Positions 13,832 to 26,839 of a stretch of 64,000 bases of DNA are shown piece after piece. Position 1 is the first letter of the stretch. Each line of letters opens with the position of its first letter. The position numbers and the translations under genes are program-made. The DNA is from Moniliella sp. 'wahieum' (taxonomy: Eukaryota): the NCBI GenBank assembly GCA_003971905.1, contig RSEE01000070.1, forward strand, positions 1-64,000, written 5' to 3'. Under the pieces are notes generated by a model. It made no database searches. It saw nothing but the letters and a program-made list of their open reading frames with translations, and had not been told where the DNA came from.

Positions 13832-15291
13832 TCAAGAAGCAGTAGCCAGGTAACGGACCAAGTCCAGTGCAATCTGTGCCCGGCCAGCATCGAGCACGAC
13901 ACGATGCACGAGGTCGTCGAGGGCGCGCCAGCAAGCCGGGTCCGCTACTGGGCTTCCCGTCGCATGGATCATGTTCGAAGGCAGTTGGTTAGCAGCCAAG
14001 ATCGCCGCCAAACCCACGACTGCGCCTAGATTGTCGGTTCCAGCTCCCGTCAGCGGAACGGCCGACCCAGGTAAAGCAGGTAGACCTGTGCCTGGTGCAC
14101 TGCCGGCTGGGGCAGCCAAGGCAGACCCATGGGCACGCTCGGCGTAGGCAAGGGCAGTCCTAAAGAGCCGAGGGAAGCGACACCCCCGCCCTCATACCCT
14201 GTGGCGTGGCCAGGGCCTGCACCAATGCCGCCAAGGGACCCATAGGTTGGTCCATGGGGGCAGCAGCACCCTGTGTGGGTGTGGGGGTAGGACCCTCGAC
14301 AGGCGCATCAGAGGCACTCCCCAAAAGGGCGGCAGTTAGCAAAGCGGAAAACATGCTGTCCCCCTCTTGGACAGGGGCAGAAACGGAGGGTGAGTCTGGT
14401 AACCCTTGCTGGTTCAGCAGGGTTGCAACGACGAAGGCAAGGACAGAGGGGATGGGGGTGCAGAGGGAAGGGTTGTTTCGGGGACTGCCTTCTCCGCTGC
14501 TGTAAGGGGAACGGATGAAGCATTTTCTTCTGGGAAAGAGGGAATAGCGGGAGGTGTGACCGTCGGGGTGGTGTGGGGGAGAGGGTGGGGTGAGGGGGGG
14601 GGGAAGTTGGCCGCTCTTGATCAGTAGGGCTGCGGGGGCTGGCAGGCAGAACTGCACACAGACGAGCTGGTGGACGCATCGGAAGAGGTACTTTGGGAAC
14701 GGGCTGACGCCGATGCACGTTCAAGACTTTGGGCGCGGCCCTGGCGACCGAGGCGATCAGGTGCATCGGGCGCGCGGCAGACGATTTCACTTTGGCACTG
14801 TGGAGAAACTTGCGACAGCGGTTGCGGCAGGACAACGCCGAGCGACCATCAAAATGAGTCGCAATTTCTTTCCACTTGTTTCCCAGTTGGGACTGAAGTA
14901 CCAGCAACTCCGAGTCCTCCTCAGCGCTCCAAGGCCGGTCAGTGACGCTGAGCACATTGAGGTATCGCGCGCAGCACTGGTCATCGGTGCGACCGTCCAT
15001 GTCCTGGGCGATGCGCCACCACAGTTTGCCATGGACGGCCATTAGTGCACGGAGCTGCGTATCCTCCTCGGGGCTCCAGGGGGTGCTGCGTTTGACGGTC
15101 GGATCCAGACTGTAGAACCAGCGCTTGCGACAGTTCTTCGCGCTGCGCCCCGGCAGGTGTTCGGCGAGCTCTTGCCAGCGACTGCACTTGCCGCGCGCCG
15201 TGCCGTACTGGGCGACCAGCGAGCGCAGCTTGGCGTCCTCCTCATTGCTCCATGGTGTGTACTCGCCAAAAGCACGTCGTGTGGGCGCCAT
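13832..15291 (-). CDS. Myb-like transcription factor with three Myb repeats (3' end approximate)
   Basis: WSNEEDAKL..RWQELA..GRSAKNCRKRW, WSPEEDTQL..WWRIA..GRTDDQC and WSAEEDSEL..KWKEIA..GRSALSCRNR. Confidence 0.88.
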
Positions 15292-16420
15292 GCCAGAGAA
15301 GAAACTGCTGGTGGGGAGGAGAGCCAGAAGAGGTGGTGGAATAGCGGTAGCAGCGGGATATTCTCAAGCGTGAGAAACTCGGCGCTCAGCGAAGTGTGCG
15401 GGATTCCTAGTGGAAAGGCGGGGGGCAGGCCACTGGCACAGTGTCCGCTGAGATCGTTAATCACTAATCACCCGCCTTTGAGCCTTGGCCTTATCGATAT
15501 CTAAAGAGACCTCGGATCTTGAAGCGTGATGCGTGAGGGCGTACCTGGATGTGCAAGCAGGCAGCCACGCCGGGCGCCAATGGCGCTAGTGCCTGGGCTG
15601 CCTGGGTGCCTAGGCTACCTGGGCCCTGTTCTTACCGTTTCTCCGCTTCGGACAACGTGCAACCGAAAGAGTCATTAATCATTTGCAACTTGGAGGGAGG
15701 GTTAGGCAGGTACGCCGGGTAGGCTTTGCTTTCGCGTTTGCACATCTGCCCCACGATGTCATCATCTGTTGCCTCATCGGCACGCGCTTGAACCAAACAT
15801 GGCCCCTCCGAATCCGGGTCCTGTGCCGCTGGCCAAATGGAAGAGGCGTGGGGGAAACTGGAAGCTGGAAACAGCCACGCTGTTGAGCCAGGGGGGGCAT
15901 TAGGCCTTAGGCCTAATAGTTAGATCCGGGTAATTCCCCGTTTACCCCACACCGATGGGTTGCACCCGCCACGCATTTTGTCTGTCGTGCCCAACACCGC
16001 CTCGCTGCCCCATCGCATCGTTGACCTACCCATTCTGAGCGACGATACACTTCGTGGCGCATCACTCTGTGCACGAAAAGCGAAGAATGGTATCTGGTCC
16101 AGGCCAACGATGTGGGAGGGTCAGTGTTAGCACTACTCTATTGGATCTGCTCTGGAATAGTTAGGTTTCCCTGCCTCGGCTTAACTGCAACGATAATGAC
16201 TGTTGAACATTTGAATACCCCACGGTCTGCCATGTTGCAACCTGCCTGGCACGTGTCATGCATCACGCATCACACATCTGGAAGTGCCTTGGTATCAATG
16301 TTCAATGTTCAATTCGTCCGCATGTAGGTTCCGCATTCCACATCTTATGCCGCCCAGCTGGCCACTTGCTCACCCGCTGCTACGACGGCAACGGCGACGA
16401 CGACGAGGCAGGTGCTGACG

Positions 16421-17014
16421 ATGATGAACGTCCTGCGCGCGTTTACGTCTCGCCCCTCTTTCTGTTCCTGCTCTTCGGGTGGCTTGCTCTCGTGCGGCGC
16501 CCCGCCCTCCTGCCCTGCGCATTCGTGCACCCGAGCCTGTTCGCTGTTTCTCGGCTTAACGCCTGCGGCCGCCCCACCATCCAGCAGTGCATGTGGCGCG
16601 CGCAAGCCGCGGCCCATCAGCAAGGTGAGACACCTGCCCTCGGGCAAACCCGTTCATTCGTGGTGTCTGCCAGAGGGTGTACACCATGAAGCCCAAGAAG
16701 CCCAATTCGCCCAGCGTAAAGTGGCCAAGGTCAAGTTGCGCACTGGCCGCATTATCATCGCCTACATCCCCGGTGAGGGCCACAACCTCCAAGAGCACTC
16801 TGTGTTCTCATCCGTGGAGGGATCACCAAGGATTTGCCCTCGGTTCGCGTACGTCTCCATCCAGTCTGTGCGCCGCCGGCAGCTTGAACTAACTGGATTT
16901 TGCTTGGTTTGGATTAGCAGCTACAAGTGTGCGGGGTGCCCTCGACCTGGCCGGCGTAGCAGGCCGCACCACTGCACTCCAAGTATGGTACGAGAAGAAA
17001 CGAAGACTGCCTAA
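16421..17014 (+). CDS. MRPS12: Mitochondrial ribosomal protein S12 (uS12m)
   Basis: [35 protein letters not shown]. Arg/Ser-rich presequence and a GTACGT..CTAAC..AG intron at about 16848-16920. Confidence 0.92.
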   Translation: MMNVLRAFTSRPSFCSCSSGGLLSCGAPPSCPAHSCTRACSLFLGLTPAAAPPSSSACGARKPRPISKVRHLPSGKPVHSWCLPEGVHHEAQEAQFAQRKVAKVKLRTGRIIIAYIPGEGHNLQEHSVFSSVEGSPRICPRFAYVSIQSVRRRQLELTGFCLVWISSYKCAGCPRPGRRSRPHHCTPSMVREETKTA

Positions 17015-17311
17015 TCTCATTGCGACCCCAATGCATCAGCCGACCTCCTTGTGTTGGGGCCGTCAGGAGCAGATCCTCCGATACAGAACATCATATTGCC
17101 GCTGGGGGCATTGGAAGTGTACTCTCGTCCTTGCCAACGACTTGGAAGAAGCGCCTTGAATCCATATCCACCGTCATGCAGTCATGACGCGCGTAAATAT
17201 TTCCCATGATCAAAACAGCTTCCGGCTTAGTGATGGCGACTACCGGTGTGGAGGGGTCGCACAACACCGGATGCGGCGCGCAGCAACGAAAATTGAGGTC
17301 GATAAAAAAAT

Positions 17312-17381
17312 AGCTCGACGTGGGATCGAACCCACAACCTTCTTTAGGAGAGAGATGGCTACCTTTGCGAGCCAGCCGAGC
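17312..17381 (-). tRNA. tRNA-Arg(CCT), imperfect as assembled
   Basis: Acceptor stem GCTCGGC/GTCGAGC, T-arm GTGGG-TTCGAT-CCCAC, anticodon loop CTCCTAA, downstream T7 Pol III terminator. The D and anticodon stems look a few nt short. Confidence 0.75.
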
Positions 17382-17817
17382 GTTACTGCGGATGAGGCTT
17401 CTTTAGAAAATATAAACCCTGGCTTTCAACGCGCCACTCAACCGCAAACACAAAAAATGGATATTTCGACCACCATCGATGACGTTGTCTGCAGGCGTGA
17501 TATGTGGACCCTCTCTCGGCATCTCTACCATCACATATGCGCCTCGTTTGAGTGATTTGACGAATTGACGAATGGGTTGTGAAGTATGAAAGAGAGAGAC
17601 GCCAAAATCATGTACCTAGTCTCTAAGTTGTCACAGTCGGGGCTAAAGCGAGGGAGAAAAAGTCGAGACTCGGTCAAAAGATGTAACAATCGTTGTGGGC
17701 GGGGGAGCATAGAGCAGAGGATATTATGCGAAGAGGAAGAGCAGGAAAGGAGCGAGATGCTCGGAACGAAGAAATCGGAAATGGGAGCGAAGAGATCAGC
17801 CAAACTGTTAAAAGAAC

Positions 17818-19528
17818 TCTCACGCATTTTCATTTTTGGTGCGTTTTTGTGTGGAACGCCGGTAGCCTTGCCTTCGTGCACTTGCTCGGCAAACGCCAGG
17901 CGTCCGAGGCGGACTCTCCGAGCAGTCGAGAACCAGGAGGCTACGAGTGAGATGCACCACCAAACAAGAGTGACGGGAATGCTGTACTTGAGCGTGTTGG
18001 TTAACCCGCCATCAGCCAACACACACATCTCCAAGTTGAAAGTGTGCAAACTTGGCCAAAAGTAGAGGGTGCGGTAAAAATGTGTGTGCTGAGGAGAAAG
18101 ACACAGTCAGTCATAATGGCCTCCATGCTGGGTGTGCTAACATGTAGGCAAACGCAGAGAGGAAGAGGCAACAAATGATAACGGGAAGAGGAAACACATA
18201 CTGAGCTCAGGTGCGGCCAATGTAGACGTAACGTTACACAAGGCCCAAGTAATAACGAACATGGGAAGGATGGGAAGAGGGAGGTAGGTAGTAGCCACAT
18301 CTACCAGCCCAAAGTGAATCGAGTTGTTGATCCAGATTACGGCCCAAAGTGCGAAGAAGGTACGGGCCATAGGGATATCGTATGGTGATCCTTTAAATGC
18401 CAAAACGAATCCTGTTCCGCAAAGGGATGTGAGGAAGGGCCAGATGATGCCCAACAGCCAACGAATAACATGAAGGTGAGCGCTAGGCATTGAAGCCCAT
18501 AGGTTAAAAGCGTTGGACAAGCCATTGAAAACCATCATGAAGAAAACTCATCAGAATGTTCAAGACGACGGCCACCGTTCCAAGGAGGGCTGCATCATAG
18601 GGCAACTGGGTGCGGCCATCAGCATAGATAGGGGTACCAACGGCAGGGAGTGTAATCGCAGAACGAGCAGTGGCACTGGTTGCGAGAGCGTTGGTCGAGA
18701 CGTTGACCAAGGCTGGCCCAGTGGCGATGGTGCTGAGGGAAGCCTGGAAGTTTGAGAGCAATTGCGTTCCACTAATGAGCAGGTTGCTCATGTAAAACGC
18801 ATACTTGCGAATTGGGAGGACCAAGCTGTGAGCGGTGGCCGTGGGATCGTAGGAAGATGCCGTGCCATTAATAGCCGCCATCCATCGGTCAGTGGAGCCG
18901 GCCTCAATGTAAATGGCACTCCAGTATTTGCCCTTCCACACATCGTGGGCAAGCTGGTGCGGAGATGTCTCGTTGGCTGGGTGGATGGAGTATGTGGGGT
19001 AGCCATGGGTGCCGCTAAGTCGTGTCGCTGTAGCCAGCAGGGCCTGGCCAAAGGACCCTCCATCAAAATCAACCACGGGCACGTCCACCCGACGAGTAAA
19101 GTGCGATTCGCGATAAAAGCTACCGAAAAGGTAGGATACGTTGATCCAAAACACCGAGAGGATCAATAAGGCCATGATTCCCAGCTGAAGGAGGAATTTG
19201 GGAGTAGGCAGTGGAGCTCGGACAGTCTTGGCGAGATGATGAATAGCGGCGAGGCGGGCACGCTTTTCTTCCTCAGCAGCTTTTCCTTCATCGTCGCCGT
19301 GAACGGTGGCGCCAGGGGGGTGCGACACGAAGCTGGAATGACCATTATCTTCGCCTCCCTTCGGGCTGGGGGTGGGTTGGAAATGGGCCTGTCCAGTGAG
19401 GTTCGAAGGGCTTGCCCCTGGGCATCATCGGAGGGCGTGCTGTCGTCGCTTGCTAGAGTGGTGTCTTCGATGGGCACAAGTCGCCGCGGTGGTGCAACAA
19501 TATTGTTGTCGCCGGTCAGGCGCCACAT
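17818..19528 (-). CDS. SNG1/DUF3533 family multi-pass membrane protein (3' end approximate)
   Basis: TM helix then SYLFGSFY, VVDFDGGSFGQ and KYWSAIYI, followed by several C-terminal TM helices. Confidence 0.75.
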
Positions 19529-20718
19529 AAAGCCGTGTTTGCTCTCTTGTTGGCTCGGCATCAAGAAGAAGGTGGGAGGTGTTGGGGTGGTTCAGCTTCT
19601 GGTGAGGCAGGGCAGGTGATGCCTTATATATACTCCTCACAGAGAGAGGTATCCACTTTTGCCTGCTGTGGCTCTGGTGCGATTGCGCCTGTGCGCGAGG
19701 ACGAGAAGGCGGAAGGCACGGTACTCGTTCGGAGATTGAGCACTGAGGCTCAGTCCTAAGGAAGCTCCTCAGAAGCCACAGTACCCACCGCAGTGCGGGG
19801 GCCAGCTGCAGCACTTCGCCACGGAAGTGAGGAGTGGTTTGTACTATAACCACAGTCATAGTGTGGTCTCCCTCGGCACATTGAGACGCTTCGAGAACTG
19901 AACCACCCGACCTGCTCCGCGGAGGAAAATATAAAGCAGTGGCCATGGTGTTGTGCTGGGTGATCGATGATCGATGATGCAACATCGCCAGATTCATGGC
20001 GTGGAAGCACTAGGGCTGTCACCATGTCACCGTTGTCACCCGTTTGGCGCTCGACACTGCTTCACTTGTTCCTCCTACTACTCTGTCCTCGGCCGATCCA
20101 GGACTCAATGACGCTCGCCCTTTGGCATACGTTTACTTTTTTAGAGCTTTAGCACCTGTTCGCTGGCATCGCCAACCAGAAGTGTCAGAGAGTCTCACTA
20201 AACGCCTGACAGATGAGACCGTTGGTGAATTATACGAAGTATCCGCCTCACGTGTCACTAGATTACCGTCCAAGTCGGGCGGCTGGCACTGCTTATACTA
20301 CACCCTCAGCCGCTGCATATGTCGTTCGTATTTTGACGGGTCGTGGGGGACGTTGAGCTTCGAGATCTGAGAACAGTCACGATGTGTGCGGGTTTGCACA
20401 TTGAGTCAGATCCGCCTGGTTAGAGCCACCCGTTAAGCCAATCTCCAACGGCAAATATGTCCACAGTCGAGAGAGAAAAGACAAGATAATGGTGGTTCAA
20501 TTCCAAGGAAAGCCTTATGTTTTCTATCAACTGAACGGCGGCACCTGCAGAAAGAGCGCGCATGAGTTGTTACTCATTGGGTGGTGCCAAGCACATGTTT
20601 GGCGAATATGGTACACAAGCGGCAGCATGCTTGAAGGAGGCGGGGACATGCGTAAAGGAGAGAGAAACAATGAGGGAAAGATTGAATAAGAGGGGCATGC
20701 AGGAGGGGATGCCGTCAT

Positions 20719-22269
20719 TTAGTTCTTAGCCTTTTTAGCTGCCTTCTTCTCGCCTTCTTCTTGTCCTTGTCCAGCTTGGCCGCTTTGTCCTTGGACTTCT
20801 TGCTGTCGGAGGAGGAGGACTTTTCCTTCTTTTCTTTTTCTCCTTTTTGTCCTTCTTCCTTCTTCTCCTTCTTCTCTTCTTCGCCCTGGACTTCTCTTCC
20901 TTCTCCGGTACCTCCTCCTCCTCATCCACGTCCATCAAGAGGTCTCCTGCCTCTCCCTCCAGAGCGTCAATCGCACGTCGCATGGCATCCGAGTTCTTGC
21001 CAGGGGGTTTGCCCGTCTCGTAAAACTCCAGGCGCTCCTCAACCTGTTGAGCCATGACCGCACCAAACTTGTCGTTGGGCTGGCCATTGGCCAGGTCGTG
21101 CTGTCCGAAAAGCAGTCAATACGGCAGGCAATGCTAATTTTGTTGGCCAAGAAACGCGACATGCGACCCTTGTTCTTGGGGGCTGCACGTTGAATTGCCG
21201 AAGCATGGTAAATCAACCCGTACTTGGGAGTGTTACCCTTGGTTTTGAGGGCACGGAAAAGCGCCTTCTCTGCACCAAGGATTTGGACTGTCGAGCAGGG
21301 TACTTGGCCAAGTTGGTCAGGGACCCGGCGTGAGAAATGAGACGTGCGCCAATGATCTCACCCAGTAGCGCCGACAAGTTGGGCGCAACGAGATGCATCT
21401 TCTCCACCAGGTACTGGTGCATGTGTTTCCTCGTCTCGCCCAGCGTTACCACCCGGTCGGCAAACGTTTCGAACGTGCTCATGTCGATCGGAGAAAGCTG
21501 GGTGCCCATGGAGGCACGGGAGGCATCGAGGATATTCCTTGCCAGCGTCTATCCCCGCCAAGCAGCTCAGCCAAGGGCTCCAGATCAGACTCGCTCAGAT
21601 CCTCCTTGTTCTTAATGTACCGTGCCAACTTGGCATACGTAACCGTGTCGGGCGCGATCTTGGACAACTCGGGGAAGTGCCAGCCGTACCACTCGCGGGC
21701 GCGCATGGCAAACGTGTTGACGTCCTTGTCGAGCGTGTCGACCAGGGCAATGGCCTGGATGATCATGTTGTCCGAACGGTTGACGTTGAACTTGACTTGG
21801 ACCGCGAGTACGAGTGGCCAAGGCCGAGTTGAGCCTTCGCAATGTCGCCCTCTGACAGACCCTTGAGGAGCTTCTCCGCATGCAGCCGGATCCCACGCAG
21901 CAGTTCCATCGTCCGCTCGCCCGTGTCGCACTGCAGGCCCGTCTCGGCGACAATCGAGCTGGCCAGGTTGCGCTCCGACACGCCGAGGAGCACTCCCTTG
22001 GCGCTCTCAAAGTTGACTTGGAGCAGTTGCTTGAGATTGTCATCGACAATGCCCTCGGAGATGTCGAGGCAGGCCTGCAGCGCCTCGACCGCCGACTTGA
22101 ACGGCGCAAACGAAACCAGCGTCACCATCTTGGAAAACGTGTGCAGGTCGGCAATCTGCGCCTGGACGGCGCGGGTCTTGTTGCCAATCTCCTCGACCTG
22201 GGCGGTCTTGAAGATGGCGAGCCCGGTGGCCGTCTCGAAGAGGAGGTGTGTAGGGGTGAGGGCGCTCAT
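20719..22269 (-). CDS. NOP56: Nucleolar protein 56, box C/D snoRNP core
   Basis: [90 protein letters not shown] and a KKE-rich tail. Confidence 0.95.
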
Positions 22270-22527
22270 GGAGGCGATGGTGGGGGCCGGGGCGGGTGTC
22301 GGGCTGGCCTGCTGTCTGTAGCCAAGAGGCGGGAAAAAACCCAAGCTGGAAAAATCTTTAATTTCCGCTTACCTCAGCCCAGCGTCGCCGCACTGAAAGA
22401 GCATTCGGTTCCGCCATGCAGCGGACTTGGTGAGCCACGCGTACTCCGCCTGCGCTACCCGCACCGCACACTGCCTCCGCCGCGCACGGCCAGCAGCCCG
22501 CCCCCGACCACCACCTCGCCCTCCGCC

Positions 22528-23496
22528 ATGTCCCGTTCGTCCTTTGACCGCTACCTCACTATCTTCAGCCCTGAGGGCCGGCTGTACCAGGTCGAGTATG
22601 CCTTCAAGGCCATCTCGTCCGCCGGCTTCACCTCCATCGCCGTCAAGGGCAAGGATGCGGTGGTGGTCGCCGGCCAAAAGAAGGTGCCAGACAAGCTCCT
22701 CGACCCTGACAGCGTGTCCAACATTTTGCCATCACGCCCGAGATCGGGTGCATCATCACTGGCCGCTCCGGTAGGTTATGTCCACGTCGTAGTGCGCTTG
22801 CCTATACTGACGTCTTTTATTACCTGGTGCCCTCTCCCAGCGGATGCACTTTCGCATGTCAACCGCGCGCGTGGGGAGGCGGCTCAGTTCAAGTACAAGT
22901 ATGGGTACTCGATCCCGCCCGTTCAACTAGCTCGAAGGATGGCCAACATCAACCAGGTACACACCCAGCGTGCTGGTATGCGGCCCTTGGGCATCGCTAT
23001 GATCATCATTGGCATTGACGAGGAGGAGGATGTTGGCCCCCAAATCTACAAGGTCGACCCGGCAGGCTACTTTACCGGCTACCGTGCCACCGCTGCTGGT
23101 ACCAAGCAGACCGAGGCGACCAACTTTTTGGAAAAGCAGTACAAAAAGTCCAATGCTAACACGGCCGGTTCTTCGACAGGCGGGCCAGCTGCTGGTACGA
23201 CGTCTGAGGGTGCCACCTCGGCCGATTTGGCCGCCTTGGCCAGCAGTGGGCCAGATGCAGCTGCACTGGAGGAGGAGGAGATTAGCAAGAATCTGTCGCG
23301 GCAAGCGGTTCTCGAGCTTGCCGTCCAGACCCTTTCGACTGTCCTTTCCCAAGACCTCAAGGCGTCTGAGATTGAGATTGGGATCGTGTCGTCCGAACCG
23401 TTTGGCAAGTACCAAGGTGAACAAGTGGGCCGCTTCACCACTCTGGACGAGGAGGCAATCAACGAAATTCTGGATGCCCTGGCCAACAAGGATTGA
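22528..23496 (+). CDS. SCL1: 20S proteasome subunit alpha-1 (PSMA6)
   Basis: MSRSSFDRYLTIFSPEGRLYQVEYAFKAI, QKKVPDKLLDP, EAAQFKYKYGY, TQRAGMRPLG and DPAGYFTG. Intron at about 22771-22840. Confidence 0.95.
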   Translation: MSRSSFDRYLTIFSPEGRLYQVEYAFKAISSAGFTSIAVKGKDAVVVAGQKKVPDKLLDPDSVSNILPSRPRSGASSLAAPVGYVHVVVRLPILTSFITWCPLPADALSHVNRARGEAAQFKYKYGYSIPPVQLARRMANINQVHTQRAGMRPLGIAMIIIGIDEEEDVGPQIYKVDPAGYFTGYRATAAGTKQTEATNFLEKQYKKSNANTAGSSTGGPAAGTTSEGATSADLAALASSGPDAAALEEEEISKNLSRQAVLELAVQTLSTVLSQDLKASEIEIGIVSSEPFGKYQGEQVGRFTTLDEEAINEILDALANKD

Positions 23497-23614
23497 ATAT
23501 TGATCGGTCAGGTCACGGAATGAACCACACCAATTGTTTGCTTGAGTAGAGAATCCAGGGGGGAGGGAACGATAGCGCATATACATAAGTCAAAAGAAAC
23601 ATTGCTGGGACAAG

Positions 23615-24176
23615 CTAGGATGCTTCTGGGGGATCATCAAGCATCGAATCAAGCGAAGCCAGTAGTCGATCCAATTTGGCTTCGAGCCCATCGGCGGCGG
23701 TAAGGGCAGCGTCCATGTGTGCGGCAACGTCCGATACATCGTCCGGATGGTTCAACGGCAGGTCGCTCGTATCTTCCCGAAGCTCACGCAAGACTGGTTC
23801 CAGTAGGGTCCGATCCTGGGGTCCAAGACGCTGGATCAAACCTTGGAGAGAGGCGAGCATAGTGTGACGAGACTCGTTGTAATGGTTTAGAATGTCGTCT
23901 TCGTCTGTCTCGTCAGCATGAGTCGTGGCAGTGTGTAGCGGCTTGGTCCGGTGTGGAGGCTGCAGGCGTCGATGGCACCGACTTGTCAGGGGAAGCGGCG
24001 CGAACGGGGTCCACAAGCGGCGTCCGAGAGACTGGACCCAGGGCTTCAGCTAAGGCAGAAGGCAGGTTCACCACCTCGTCTTCGGCAGGGGGCGTGGCGC
24101 GCACCGGGCGTGATTGGGCCAGAAGGTTGACCATCGCCGAGCAGGAGGTGGTTGGCGGTGGAGGGGCGTTGGCCAT
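23615..24176 (-). CDS. Small hypothetical protein with C-terminal coiled coil
   Basis: Two overlapping frames join into an acidic protein ending AADGLEAKLDRLLASLDSML. Confidence 0.5.
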
Positions 24177-24565
24177 GGGTGAGTGGTTCGGCGTTAGTGC
24201 TTAGCCCGATTGGCTTTGGGTTGGCGGGCCGGTAAACCTTGAACGTTTCATGGTGTCTGCATCAGGGACGCTGCAACTGGCTGGGCGATCCTCCGCATTC
24301 CGCCCAGAGGCTCCGCTTCGCTGGGGGGCTTTGAAATGGGTAGGCATTTGAAATGCGAAATAGTGGCTACCGGGGGTACGGCTAGGGTTATCTGCCGCCA
24401 CGCTCTCTGGGGAGCGGGATGGCCGAGCGGAGCGGTGGCTCGGATGGATCGCAGGGCCGCTTGGAAGATTGGCCAAGTGGAGGAGTGGAGTGGGAAGAGT
24501 GGGGGCGGCAATATCACCACCACCACCACCACTGCTGCCTCACGCGCACCCACGCTTTGGGTGGC

Positions 24566-26839
24566 ATGCTCCCCTCGCCCCCATCGCCCGCAGGCGCGCG
24601 AGTGCAATCGCTACCCCCACGTTAGCATCCTCCCGAGCCATCCACACACATGGCCCCGCCCACTCGCGCCGCCCACGCCCCCCAGCCAGCCCAAGCAGGC
24701 CAAACAGGCGCCACTCAAGGGCACCCCTCCACCCTCCCAACCCCCGCCCTGAGCCCCCATCTACTGTTGAGCATGGAGGGGGCGACAAAAGCGGTCCTGG
24801 GAAAGACGGAAGCACCAGCATCGCCTCCAGCATCTGCTTCTGGTTCGACTCCCTCCTCCGCTTCACCCTCTTCTGCCCCCAATAGGCATCGCTTGACCTT
24901 TTTTGAGGACGATTACGTTCTTGACGTTCTGCGTGACGTGCGAAAAGAAAATGTCAACGACCCCGCCATCAAAGAGCGTCTGAAAAAGTACAATCTCCCG
25001 ACTCCCAAGCTGCAACATCGTGTCCAGTACAATCGCGACCCTTTTTCCCTCCATCCGCGTGAGGATCATTTCCATTATCCTCCCGTCACCGCCGACGACA
25101 TCGCCCAGGGCAAGAAGCGTCCTCGTGCGGTTCGCATGCTCGCCCGTGATTTATCCATGATGCTCTCTACAACCCCTTCTATGGCTACTTTTCCCGTCAG
25201 GCCGTCTTGCTACCCCAATTTTCTGATGCCAAACGGAGCAGAATGACGTGTTGCAAGGCCGAAAGGATGCGCCCAACCCGACCTACGAGCGAGCGATGAA
25301 GCGCTTAGCCCCCTGGTGGGTCCCCATGGCGAATTCAACTTTGACCAGATCAAGAGCGATGCTGAATTTACCGACGCGGTCGCGCTTCGGTACCAAGCTT
25401 TTGAGGCCAAAGTCGAGCAACTGGACTCGGTCCGCACCGTGGAGCTGGTCGAAAAGCGCAAGGCGACATTGGAGCGACAGCTCAAGGGCAAAGATTTGCC
25501 TTCCTCGGAGGTGACCAAGCGGCTAAAGGATATGGAACTGATGCACGAGGCGTCCAAGTTCAAAACTGCTACCCAGTTTGTTCGTTCTAAAGGTGTCCGG
25601 CCCGAATCGGGTAAAGGCCTGGAATTGGCGTGCGTGGGGTCGGGCATCGCAGCTCAAGTCCGAGAGTGACGAGCTCGAAGAGCCGGACGTGATGGCCATG
25701 GCAGCCCGCCAAGTGTGGCACACCCGACCGAACTGTTCAAGCCCTACTTTGCTGAGGCTGTAGCGCGCTACCTGGTCAAGGAGTACAAGATGGGCTTGTA
25801 CCCATACGAGGACTTGGTCATTTATGAGATTGGTGCTGGTTCGGGTGCCTTGGCGGAAGGCATCTTGACCTATCTGCGGAACCATGAACCGCAAGTGTAC
25901 TCTCGGACTCGGTACGGGATTATTGAGATTTCGTCGCGTTGTCGCGGCAGCAAAAGACCCGGCTTCAGGACTTATTGCTGATGGACGGGTCGAGGTGCAT
26001 AAGAAAGACGTGTTGCAATGGGGCCAGCCGGTGCAGGAGCCATGTTTCATCATTGCGCTGGAAGTGTTCGACAATCTGGCGCACGATGTGGTTCGGTACG
26101 ACACGGTGACGCTGGAACCATACCAAGGGATTGTGTCGATTGACGATATGGGCGACTATGAAGAGTTGTGGGAACCCGTGCAAGACCCAGCAATCCAACG
26201 CTACCTTCATCTCCTCAACGACGTGTCGGGGAATGGGCGCAACTATTCGACCTCTGCTTCGGCTGGCATCGTTGCCTTGGTACGCGAGGCATTTGCCGCC
26301 CAAGCGCGAGCAGTGCTTGCCAAGGAGGTTCCCTTCTGGCCGAACCTGTCCCAGCCACACTTCCTGCCCACGGCGGCGCTTCGGCTTATTGACAATCTCA
26401 AGACCTACTTCCCACAGCACCGCCTGGTGATGTCAGACTTTAACTACCTGCCCGATACGATTGGTGGCATCAACGCGCCCGTGGTGCAGACGCGGATTCG
26501 GGGGACGAGCGTGGCGGTGACCAAGTACACGGTGATGCAAGGGTTTTTCGACATCTTTTCCCTACCAACTTTGAGTTGCTCAAGGCGGTGTACATGAAGG
26601 CGATGGACAGCCCGTCGGCTGCGGGCGGGGGGCGGGTGGGGGCAGACTACCTCAACTCGTTTTCGAATGCGTTCTACCAGTACTCGCCCACTGGCCGGCC
26701 GGCGATGCGGGCGGAGCCCAAGATCCTGTCGCAGGCTGCGTTCGTCGAAGCGCATGGCGACGTGGCGCGCACCACGCTGCGGGACGGCACGAACCCGATG
26801 CTGAGTTGGTATCGGAATGTGAGCTGGTTCCTCACCTGA
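24566..26839 (+). CDS. NDUFAF7/MidA-family SAM-dependent methyltransferase (mitochondrial)
   Basis: PTELFKPYFAEAVARYL, IYEIGAGSGALA (SAM motif I), IALEVFDNLAHD, SDFNYLP, NAPVVQTR and QGFFDIF. Confidence 0.85.

Noticed and set aside
17340..17352. Reading the tRNA anticodon as CTA (amber suppressor)
   Set aside because: That register lacks U33. CTCCTAA with anticodon CCT fits the known Arg(CCU) pattern.
21880..22527. Long N-terminal extensions of the SCL1 ORF (and of the ArgRS ORF at 45932-46702), and long antisense ORFs elsewhere
   Set aside because: They are stop-free by GC richness or are antisense shadows of real genes such as NOP56. Conserved starts lie downstream.
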